In this document: positions 27,872 to 37,000 of the stretch, in pieces
Layout of the letters: each line of letters starts with the position of its first letter
Position numbering within the stretch: the stretch's first letter is position 1
Assembly: GCA_902836725.1 (NCBI GenBank)
Contig: CADFRV010000001.1
Span: 1-45,250 of the forward strand
DNA from: Muribaculaceae bacterium
GTDB taxonomy: Bacteria > Bacteroidota > Bacteroidia > Bacteroidales > Muribaculaceae
Direction: 5' to 3'
DNA length: 45,250 bases
Notes under the pieces: generated by a model
Seen by the model: the letters and a program-made list of their open reading frames with translations, nothing else
Database searches by the model: none
What the model was told of the DNA's origin: nothing
Translations under genes and position numbers: made by a program

Positions 27872-28032
27872 AAGAAAAGGGAAATTAAGAAATTAAGAAA
27901 AGGAGAAAAGAAGAAATTGAGAGGGGTATCAGAGATATCAGAGTTATCAGAGGAATCAGAGCCATTAGGCAGGCGTCTGTGTTCTCAATTTCTCCTTTTC
28001 TTAATTTCTAAATTTCTCTTTTCTTAATTTCT
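27872..28032. repeat. Palindromic element variant: same 9-mer core (x4), different arms built from 8-mers
   Basis: Core ATCAGAGAT ATCAGAGTT ATCAGAGGA ATCAGAGCC (27928-27963). Left arm AAGAAAAGGGAAATTAAGAAATTAAGAAAAGGAGAAAAGAAGAAATTGAGA pairs with TCTCAATTTCTCCTTTTCTTAATTTCTAAATTTCTCTTTTCTT, with one 8-nt indel. Confidence 0.85.
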
Positions 28033-28045
28033 ATTTCCCAGGTTC

Positions 28046-30055
28046 TTATTTTTTCGCGAAGAAGCGGTCTACGCGATCGGGGCAGAGCATCTGCCAGAGG
28101 GAGGCTACGGTCCAGCCGGGAGCGAAGATGTCGTTGTAGAAGCCTTTGCCGTTGCGGCCATAGTCCCAGGTGGTGTGCTGCACTACCTCGGGGTAGTAGC
28201 CGCGCTTGCCTATGTCGAACATGTTGTCATGTGTGGGCATGAGCTGGAGCATGGATGTCTTGATGACGTTGGAGAAGCCAGAGAGGCGTGGCTCGGAGAA
28301 GTGTTCGGCGAGGCGGTCGAGTACGGCGGCGAATTCGAAGATGTAGACGTCGATGTGGTTGTTTTCCACGGATACGTTGCCCCATCCGCGCGATTTGAAG
28401 CCTACGTCGCCGAGCATCTGGCCGGCTGCGAAGGGCACATCCCACATGTAGTACCATGAGAGGCAGAAGTATGCTGATTTGCGGCAGAGGTCCATGTAGT
28501 GTTCCTGCTCTTTGCCTTTGGTGCAGTGTGTGAGGTAGTAGAGTGCGGTGGAGGCGTAGAACGACGCTTCCTTGTCCTCGCAGTTGGCGTCGAGTGTGGA
28601 GGAGAAGTAGTCGGCCTTGTCGATAAGTTCTGTCTCGAGGTACTTGGCTGTGGCACGGGCGCTTTCGAGGTAGCGTTTGTCGTTGAAATATTTATAGGCC
28701 ATTGTCATGGGGAGTGTGGCGCATGGTGTGCTGCCTCCGGTGGGATCGACGATTTCAAGTGCGTCGGTGAATTTTCGGGGGAATGATCCGTCGGGCTGCT
28801 GCAGTGTGAGCATTTTGTCGAGTGTGGTGCGGATGCGTGCGTCCCATTCGGGGTGTTTGCGTCCCTGTTTGCGCTCGGCTTCGAGCCAGTTGAGCATGGC
28901 GAATACTCCTTCGCTCTGTCGGCGGATGCTGTGTGAGCTTACGGGGCGGTTGTCGCGCAGGCGCACTGATTCGCGGAAGAATCCGTTGTCGGTGAATCCG
29001 TGCTCGAGTGCGCTGCTGAAGATGCTCTCGGCGTTTGCCACGAGGTCCTGCCGGTTGTTCTGCAGGCCGTATTCGTGGGCGTTGAATGCGTTGAGGAGTG
29101 TGCGGCCTACGAATCCGATCTGGTACTGGTCGGTGTTGGCGCAGTCGTCGGTGCGCATTCCGGCTCCGGAGTAGTATTTGAGGTCGTATTTGTCGACGTA
29201 GCTGTTTACGAAGTAGCTTGCGAGATGTTCTTTGGCTTTGGGGGTGTCAAGTCCGGTGTCGACTGTGGCGGGCGAGAGTGTGTCGTAGGTGTAGTTCCAT
29301 ACGTCGGCCACGAAATCGCTGTAGTCTTTGGCTTGTGAGCGGCGTATCTGCCATTTGATGGTGCGGGTGTCCCCTTTGTCTATGCGCTCGAATGTGCGCA
29401 CGGGATCAATGAGGGTGAGTTTGCGTATGTAGCGGCGGGGCGCTTCCACGTAGGGGTAGCTGTAGACAAGTGCCGGTTTGCCGTCGATGTTGCGGAATCC
29501 GGTGGATCCTACAGAGGTGTGTCCTGTCAGCAGCACGTCGCCCGAAAGATTCTGTAGCACACAGTCGGCGTGGTCGTCGGTGTTAAGGCGGAGCACGGTC
29601 ACGGCTTTGCCCGATACCGGTTCATAAATGCCGGTGAGGGGGGAGCTGAGGCGATCTTCGCGCACCTGCCAGCTGTCGGAGGTGTGGAACGATGGTGCTT
29701 CTTTGGGTGAGCGGAGGTTATGGTGGTACCAGAAGCCGGGCATGTAGAATTCGCAGCTGTTGTGGTCGGCATCGGTTCCGAGCATCTCGGTCTCGCTGAT
29801 GTTGAACCAGCATGTCTGGTCGGCTTTGATCTCGAGTGTCACTGTGGTTATCTCGCCCGAGGGGTCGGTGGTGACGGTGCGGAAGACTTTCAGCGGAAGT
29901 GTGGCTCCGTTGTCGGGCTTCATGGGGCCTCCGTTGGCCTGGGAGGTGAGTTTGCAAGTGGTTGCGGCTCCTCCCGGGGTTCTCAGTGCGAGTTCGGTGG
30001 CGCCTTGTGCCTGCAGTGCCAGAAGTGTGGCGGCAGCGATTAGATATTGTCTCAT
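28046..30055 (-). CDS. Secreted protein of unknown function, probable (alpha/alpha)6 six-hairpin glycosidase-like fold
   Basis: 669 aa with signal peptide. Beta-rich N-half. Helical C-half with LQQPDGSFPRKF, DKRYLESA, STLDANCEDKEA, GWGNVSVENNHID. PUL context. Confidence 0.6.
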   Translation of the reverse strand: MRQYLIAAATLLALQAQGATELALRTPGGAATTCKLTSQANGGPMKPDNGATLPLKVFRTVTTDPSGEITTVTLEIKADQTCWFNISETEMLGTDADHNSCEFYMPGFWYHHNLRSPKEAPSFHTSDSWQVREDRLSSPLTGIYEPVSGKAVTVLRLNTDDHADCVLQNLSGDVLLTGHTSVGSTGFRNIDGKPALVYSYPYVEAPRRYIRKLTLIDPVRTFERIDKGDTRTIKWQIRRSQAKDYSDFVADVWNYTYDTLSPATVDTGLDTPKAKEHLASYFVNSYVDKYDLKYYSGAGMRTDDCANTDQYQIGFVGRTLLNAFNAHEYGLQNNRQDLVANAESIFSSALEHGFTDNGFFRESVRLRDNRPVSSHSIRRQSEGVFAMLNWLEAERKQGRKHPEWDARIRTTLDKMLTLQQPDGSFPRKFTDALEIVDPTGGSTPCATLPMTMAYKYFNDKRYLESARATAKYLETELIDKADYFSSTLDANCEDKEASFYASTALYYLTHCTKGKEQEHYMDLCRKSAYFCLSWYYMWDVPFAAGQMLGDVGFKSRGWGNVSVENNHIDVYIFEFAAVLDRLAEHFSEPRLSGFSNVIKTSMLQLMPTHDNMFDIGKRGYYPEVVQHTTWDYGRNGKGFYNDIFAPGWTVASLWQMLCPDRVDRFFAKK

Positions 30056-30165
30056 GGTAGTAATATCGGTTGGCCGGGCAGCTGCCTGTGACAGTTCCAG
30101 TCGTGAGGAGATGTCATTGACAGCCGCCCGGGGGTTATGGTATTATATATTATATAATGTGTATG

Positions 30166-31167
30166 TTATTTGCGGACAGGTACTATGATGCTTGTGGTGT
30201 CGGCGGTGATGGCGTAGGGCTGTCCGTTGCTCTTGTCTACGTTGAGTGTGAGGATGCGTGTGCGTCGGGGGCTGACAACAGAGTCGTTGTGGTGCACGTG
30301 ATATACATAGCGCATGTTTCCTTCGTTGTCGGTGAACACATCGCCGTGGCCCGATCCTTTTTCACCCACGATGTTGCGGTGGATAACAGGGTTGGCGGGA
30401 TTCTTGGTCCAGGGTCCTGTGGGTGAGGAGGAGGTGGCGTAACCCACGGCATAGTCGTCGCTCATGAAGTGGTTGGCCGAGTAGAAGAGGTAGTAGAGAT
30501 CGTCGATCTTCAGCACTGTGGGACCCTCCATGATGGGCGCGCTTGGATAAGCGTCTGTGGCTTCCCATGCCTGGTCGTTGCGGAAGCAGGGTTTGAGGGT
30601 GCCTTCCACGATTTTGCCGGTCTCAGGGTTGAATTCGCCTACCCAAAGGAAGTTGCCGTTGTCGAAGCGCACATGGTAGAGGTAGTATTTGCCGTCGGTG
30701 TCGCGGAAGAGGAACGGGTCGATGTTTTTCTCCGATGCGTCGATCGGCTCGATTACCTCCTGTGTGTAGAGGGCGTTCACGCTGTCGCCTTTGGCGAGTG
30801 CCAGCTGCTCGTTGGCGGTATAGAGATAGAGATATTTGTCTCCGTCCTTGAATATCTGCGGTGCCCAGAATCCCTTGTCGCCGTATGCGTTTTTACCCTT
30901 TGCGAGGATCATGGAGTCGGGGCGGGCGAGTGTCCAGGTCTTAAGGTCGGTACTCTCGAGCATTGTGAATCCGAGCGGTTCGGCGTTGCGTGTGCCGGTG
31001 AGGTAGTATTTGCCGTTTTCAGTATAAATGGTCGGATCGGCGAAGAAAATTTCCATGCCTTGCGGCTGTTCGGTTTCTGTTTGGGCGGTCTGTCTTGCGG
31101 TGTTGTTGCAGGATACGATCGCCAGCATGGCAGCTGCGCAAGCCATCGGTGATAAAAATCGGTTCAT
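30166..31167 (-). CDS. Glycoside hydrolase family 43 lipoprotein
   Basis: Lipobox IVSC. ADP (base), WAP, IDP (pKa modulator), EGP (acid), YLFYSAN, GSGHG. Confidence 0.92.
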   Translation of the reverse strand: MNRFLSPMACAAAMLAIVSCNNTARQTAQTETEQPQGMEIFFADPTIYTENGKYYLTGTRNAEPLGFTMLESTDLKTWTLARPDSMILAKGKNAYGDKGFWAPQIFKDGDKYLYLYTANEQLALAKGDSVNALYTQEVIEPIDASEKNIDPFLFRDTDGKYYLYHVRFDNGNFLWVGEFNPETGKIVEGTLKPCFRNDQAWEATDAYPSAPIMEGPTVLKIDDLYYLFYSANHFMSDDYAVGYATSSSPTGPWTKNPANPVIHRNIVGEKGSGHGDVFTDNEGNMRYVYHVHHNDSVVSPRRTRILTLNVDKSNGQPYAITADTTSIIVPVRK

Positions 31168-31279
31168 GGTCTATAAATAAGTGTTGGTTAATTCGGGAGA
31201 ACTCTGATGCCGTGAAATGTGAAAAGCACGTTTCACATTCCTTAAATCGGGATGTTTTTGATTCTTATTAATTATGGTG

Positions 31280-31287
31280 CAAAAATA
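31280..31287 (-). promoter_or_regulatory. -7 promoter element TATTTTTG for the GH43 operon
   Basis: CAAAAATA on +, 112 nt upstream of ATG 31167. Confidence 0.55.
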
Positions 31288-31435
31288 GCGACCTGTAAGC
31301 GAGGCGATGGGTGGTTATGTCACGAATACAGGTAAGAATGTCCAGAGATGTGTTAAAACCGCGTTTTGAGGCCTTTTTGCACGTTTTTTCTAATTAAAAA
31401 CACAATCTTACTCATAAATCCGGGAGATAGTGTTG

Positions 31436-31443
31436 TATATTTG
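31436..31443 (+). promoter_or_regulatory. -7 promoter element TATATTTG for the plus-strand arm/leader
   Basis: TGTATATTTGC context, divergent from the GH43 promoter. Confidence 0.55.
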
Positions 31444-31527
31444 CCATCGAAAAACTGACAGGCCGGCTTCCGAAAAGCCTTCCGGAAGGTCGGTTCACCT
31501 TAAATTGAAATTGTTTTTTAACAAATC

Positions 31528-31662
31528 ATGAATTACTTCCATTACTCATCAGCGCTTTTAAAGTCTGCGACGCATACGGTATCGTTCCGGTGCGACGAGG
31601 CCTCATTTTCGTTCGTGAGAGAAGGAAGTGAAATTTACGATGGGTTTTCAATAATAACATAG
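31528..31662 (+). CDS. Candidate small ORF (44 aa, MNYFHYSSALLKSATHTVSFRCDEASFSFVREGSEIYDGFSIIT)
   Basis: ATG preceded by an AT-rich, A(-3) Bacteroidetes-type initiation region, about 85 nt downstream of a promoter. Below the ORF-track cutoff and no homology recognised. Confidence 0.3.
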   Translation: MNYFHYSSALLKSATHTVSFRCDEASFSFVREGSEIYDGFSIIT

Positions 31663-32026
31663 TGCCGTTCTGTCCCCGGATTCAGAGTCCGGGGCCGGGC
31701 GAGCCGTTTTATTGATACCCTTCGCCATATGCTCAATCGGTTTCGGCAAGAGTGCCGGTTTCCGTTCGTTTTTTTGATTTTACGAGTGAAATCAGCCCCA
31801 TGGGGCTTTATGTGCGGCATGTATGCCGCACATAAAGATATTAACTCCGATAGTAGTAAATGAATGTGTGTGATAAGTGAATTGCAGCAGTTACTGATAC
31901 CGGCCAATCAATATTTCCCCATAAGTTGTGATACCTTAAACGATTGTAGGGCGGCATAAGCCGACCTCGATTATAATTCTGTATAACAGTTAACCTATCT
32001 ATTTAATTTATCTTTAACTTTTTAAC

Positions 32027-33829
32027 ATGAAAAAGAGATCTTTACTCCTCTCAGCCGCAGCTTTTGCCTGCGTGGCAGGAATGAATGTGTCGGCCGCTGA
32101 TGTTCAGGTTCCCGAAGGAGCCGGTGGCAAAATGACCTCCCTTCTCCCCGACGGTGTGGCAGCAAACGTTGACCACGAGGAAAAGGACTACGGTCCCAAG
32201 ACTATCGCAATCGCCGGATCGGCAGATAAAGGTTACAAGGCATTTTTCTGCGCGGACGACGGTGTTCACGGCGAAGAACTCTGGGTAACAGACGGCACAG
32301 AGGCCGGTACACATATGGTAAAGGATATCAACCCCGGAATGGCAACTTCCAATATCCAGTATCCTACACGTTTTAACGACAAAGTCGTTTTCTCTGCAGA
32401 TGACGGCGAGAATGGTCAGGAACTCTGGATCTCTGACGGTACTGAAGAAGGTACATACATGGTAGCAGATATCCATATGATCGGCGACTCCGATCCTCTC
32501 GGTTTCTGCCAGCTCAACGAAAAACAGTTCGTGTTCTTTGCAAAGGATATGGACTCGGAAACCTACGGACAGAATGGCCAGCGCTGGCTTTGGGTCTCAG
32601 ACGGTACAGAGGACGGTACATCTCTCGTGAAAGAGGTTGAAACCATGTTCCCCGGCCGCGAGCCTCTTGACAACCGTTTTGGTCCTGTCGTACGTGTAGG
32701 TCGCAAAGTGTTCTTTATCGGTGATGTTGCTGACAAGGACGGTATTACTTACGGCGACGAACTTTGGGTAACCGACGGTACTGCTGACGGCACCTATATG
32801 GTGAAGGATATCAACCGTGAGGTAAACAAGAACTCCACTTATGAAGGTTCTACCAATGGTGCTGCTATCGCTCACCTCTGCAACTTCTATAACGAGAAAC
32901 TTTTCTTCAAGGCATGGTCTTGGGATTCCGGTAATGAGCCCTGGGCAACCGACGGAACAGAAGAGGGTACATACGAAATCTTCAATACAAACCCCACTTC
33001 AAACCCCAACAACCTTGATGATAATGGCGTACCTATGGGTAACGGCGGTGGTGTGACAAAAGTTGGCCGTCCTGCAATGGGTCATATATTCTTCCGCTCC
33101 TATACTCCTGAAGTCGGCAACGAGCTTGGTATGACAAACTGCGAGGAGGGAGATTACAAGATCTTCGACTGCGACACCTATGCTCCCACACAGGATTCAC
33201 ACTCTTATCCCGACGATGGTGTTGAATTCGATGGTTACTATGTATTCTGCTGCAACCGCGGTATGCGTGACGGCGTTACCGACCCCGTGCAGTATGGCGG
33301 CGAGCTGAACGTATGCGACGGCGAGAAAACATGGGTACAGTATGACTTCAACCCCGGCAAGGGCGCTACATGGACACGTGAACTTACCGTAGTGAACGGT
33401 TCACTCTACTGGAGCAACTCCGGTAAAAAGGACGGTCACAACTGGACTATCACCCGTCTTGACAAAGTGGACGGCGGTGTACCTGTGACTATCTCCAACC
33501 TCCATCCTACCGATGACATGGCTTACACACTCCGTAACCTCGACGGCAAGCTGATCTTCTTTGCAAACTCTACAAAGAACATCTACTGCTACGAGTATAC
33601 CAACCCCGAAGCCGACCTTAAAAAGAACCCCGATACTATGGATATCGAGTTCCGTACACGTAAGGAAATTGCTGACGGTGTCGGCGGTGTTGAAAATGTT
33701 GCTACCGACGTGAACACAGACGCTCCTGCAGAGTACTTCAACGTACAGGGTATGCGTGTAAACGCCAACACTCCCGGCATGTACATCCGTCGCCAGGGTG
33801 ATAAGGCAACAAAGGTTATTATCAAATAA
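32027..33829 (+). CDS. ELWxxDGT-repeat secreted protein with T9SS-type C-terminal sorting domain
   Basis: Signal peptide. Repeats ELWVTDGT, ELWISDGT, WLWVSDGT, ELWVTDGT, EPWATDGT plus degenerate ELGMTNCE and ELNVCDGE. C-terminus EYFNVQGMRV...GMYIRRQGDKATKVIIK. Confidence 0.9.
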   Translation: MKKRSLLLSAAAFACVAGMNVSAADVQVPEGAGGKMTSLLPDGVAANVDHEEKDYGPKTIAIAGSADKGYKAFFCADDGVHGEELWVTDGTEAGTHMVKDINPGMATSNIQYPTRFNDKVVFSADDGENGQELWISDGTEEGTYMVADIHMIGDSDPLGFCQLNEKQFVFFAKDMDSETYGQNGQRWLWVSDGTEDGTSLVKEVETMFPGREPLDNRFGPVVRVGRKVFFIGDVADKDGITYGDELWVTDGTADGTYMVKDINREVNKNSTYEGSTNGAAIAHLCNFYNEKLFFKAWSWDSGNEPWATDGTEEGTYEIFNTNPTSNPNNLDDNGVPMGNGGGVTKVGRPAMGHIFFRSYTPEVGNELGMTNCEEGDYKIFDCDTYAPTQDSHSYPDDGVEFDGYYVFCCNRGMRDGVTDPVQYGGELNVCDGEKTWVQYDFNPGKGATWTRELTVVNGSLYWSNSGKKDGHNWTITRLDKVDGGVPVTISNLHPTDDMAYTLRNLDGKLIFFANSTKNIYCYEYTNPEADLKKNPDTMDIEFRTRKEIADGVGGVENVATDVNTDAPAEYFNVQGMRVNANTPGMYIRRQGDKATKVIIK

Positions 33830-33849
33830 ATAACTGGACACTAAACTAA

Positions 33850-33895
33850 AAAAGCGGGTGTGCCCCGTTCACAATGCGAGGGCACACCCACTTTT
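33850..33895 (+). terminator. Terminator hairpin after the ELWxxDGT gene
   Basis: Stem GGGTGTGCCC / GGGCACACCC flanked by AAAAG and CTTTT. Confidence 0.8.
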
Positions 33896-34095
33896 CCCTC
33901 TTTTCCGGCCTACTGTCCGAAACCAACAGATTCTTTATGGTCCATGACCGCTTTTTACCGAAGAAGTTACGAAAAATTTCTTTCGGAATGATTATTAATC
34001 CGGACAGGGCTTTATGAATTATTGAACCGATCCTTATTATCACTCCCAGATCTATCCTTAAATCGCTACCTCCTCCTATTTTTACCTACAACGCA

Positions 34096-37000
34096 ATGAA
34101 ACAATTGCTAAGCAGTGCAAGTATGTTTAAGACAAAATTACAAAGGTTGTTCATATTGTTTATATTAGCAACCGTCAACCTGACCCTGGCGGCACAGAAC
34201 ATCACTGTGTCCGGTACCGTAATGGACACGGCTGAAAACGAACCGATGATCGGAGCCACTGTAATGCAGAAAGGTTCCAAAGCCAACGGTGTCGCCACCG
34301 ATATTGATGGCAAATACACAATTACCGTTCCCTCTAACGCCACTCTCGTGTTCTCGAGCGTAGGCTACGAACCTGTAGAGGTGAAAGTGGACGGACGCAA
34401 AACCATTGACGTGGATATGAAACAGACCACCACAGCCCTTGACGAAGTGGTTGTGATCGGTTACGGTGTGCAGCGCAAGAGCGATATCACCGGCTCCATC
34501 TCTTCCGTAAGCGGAAAGGATGTGAACGACGTGCCTGTAAGTTCTGCCCTCCAGGCTCTGCAGGGCAAGGCTTCCGGCGTCAATATTATCCAGAACAGCG
34601 GTGCTCCCGGTGGAGCCACAACTATAAAGATACGTGGTACAGGTACAGTCAACGACGCCGACCCCCTCTATGTAGTGGACGGCTTTATCGTAGATAATAT
34701 CGACCACATCAACCCCAATGACATCGCCAATATCGAGATCTTCAAGGATGCGGCGTCTTCAGCCGTGTATGGTGCCCGTGCGGCCAACGGCGTCGTGAGC
34801 ATCACAACCAAAGGTGGCGAGAAAGGTAAAGTGACAGTGACTTTCGACGGTTACGCAGGTTTCTCCAACCCCTGGAAGAAAATCGATATGATGGGTATGG
34901 AGGATTATGCCGTGCTGATGGATTACATCAACGGAACTACACGTTATTCCGCCGACGGCGTGCTCAATATGAGCAAGAAAGAAGACGGTACTCTTGAACT
35001 TGACCCCGCCAAGGCTGATGCCATGAGCCTTTACCACCAGCGCGGCAAGGAGAACTGGTATGACGCCATCTCCCGCACAGGTGTGAAGCAGCAGTATGCT
35101 GCCTCTGTAAGCGGCGGTAACGACAACACCAAATTCATGGTCAGCGCAAGCTACTTCGATGAGAAAGGTATCATCAAGGGTTCCGATTACAAGCGTTTCA
35201 ACGCACGTATGAACCTCACCCAGAAACTCTCCTCATGGCTTGACCTTATCGTGAACATGAGCTACGTGAACGAAGACCGCGACCTGGTGCCCGGCGGTTC
35301 AGGCTCAGTGCTCAAGGACGCCCTCAACATCAACCCCATGACCCGTGTGTACAACGACAAGGGTTACTGGGATTCCAACCATCCGCTCGCACGTATCGAG
35401 CGTTACCACCGCGATATCAAGAGTGACCGCTTTGACGCGAATATCACTCTTTCCGCAAATTTCCTCAAGTTCTTCAACTACCAGTTCAAGGCAGCATATT
35501 ATCTGCAGCCCGAGACAACCAAGGAATTCTCCGAAGTAGGCAAACTCGTGGAGGATTTCGGGATGTCTGACCTTTCCACCATATATCAGTACAAGTACAA
35601 TACCAACAAGTGGGAGATCAACAACCTGTTAACTTTCAACTGGAGCGACAAGGACAAGATCAACAGCATCACCGCCCTGGTTGGTCAGACTGCCGAGGGT
35701 TTCAAATCCTCTTTCCAGGAATCCACAAAGAGAGGTACTCCTACCAACGATCCTGACCAGTGGTATCTCTCAAGCGGTTTCACAGGTGACAAGACCTATG
35801 GCCTTGACCGCAAATGGACAGCTGTCGGTTTCATTGGCCGTGTAAACTATAACGTTCTCGACCGCTACCTGCTGCAGGCCAATATCCGTATCGACGGTTC
35901 CTCCAAATTTAACAAAGACAACCGCTGGGGCTACTTCCCCTCGGTATCTCTGGGATGGAAATTCAGTTCTGAATCCTTCATGCGCGACCAGACATGGATG
36001 ACACTTGGCAAGCTGCGTGTGGGCTGGGGTAAACTCGGTAACAACCGTATCGACGAACTCGCCCGCTATACTTACCTGACCACTCAGCTGAACTATCCGT
36101 ACGGCAACGGCAACCATGTGCTTCAGCCAGGTGCCTCGGCCCTCACAATCGGCAACGACAATATCAAATGGGAGAAGACCGAGACATACAACGTCGGTCT
36201 TGACATGGCATTCCTGAACAACACCATCCTGTTCGGTGTGGAATACTTCAACAAGAAAACTACTGACATGCTTATCGCCGTGCCGACAGTGGGATCGGCA
36301 GGTCTGAACTCCAACCCGATGACCAACGCCGGCGCTGTAAAGAACTACGGTGTGGAAGGTAGCCTTACCTATCGCCGCAGCTTCGGCAAATTCTCCTTCG
36401 ACGTAGGTTTCAATCTGTCGTGGATCAAGAACGAGGTAACCTCTCTGGGTTCCGGCAACGAGCCTATCTATGGAGCATACATCGGCGAGGGATCAATCGT
36501 GGACTATGTGACCAAGACCGCAGTCGGTCGTCCTATCGGTTCATTCTACGGTTATGTGACCGACGGCATCTTCCAGAGCATGGATGAGATAAAGGCTTCC
36601 GCCCAGTATGAGACCGGTAAGAACGACGCAGACCAGAGCACTAAGCCTGGTGACTTCCGTTTCAAGGATCTCAACGGCGACGGCCAGATCACGGCAGAAG
36701 ACCGCACATACCTCGGTTCGCCGCTTCCCAACTTTGTGTTCGGTGTGCCCATCAACCTCATGTGGAACGGTTTTGAGCTGAGTGCCTTCTTCCAGGGCCA
36801 GACCGGTAACAAACTGTTCAACGTAATGGACTATTACCTTTACAATGCCGCCGCCGGCAACGTGGCAGCTGATTACCGTAGCCAGCACTGGAGCGCCGCA
36901 GTAGATGAACAGCGTCCTTGGTTCACACCGAACCCCGGCGCCGAGATACCCGCAGCGCGTACAAGCGATACCAACCGTAACTTCCGCTCTTCCAACTTCT

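Noticed and set aside
31239..34065. Shared 11-mer TCCTTAAATCG at 31239-31249 and 34055-34065 as a regulator or inversion site
   Set aside because: It is a direct rather than inverted repeat, has opposite orientation relative to the downstream genes, and no recombinase is nearby. Plausibly chance in AT-rich DNA.
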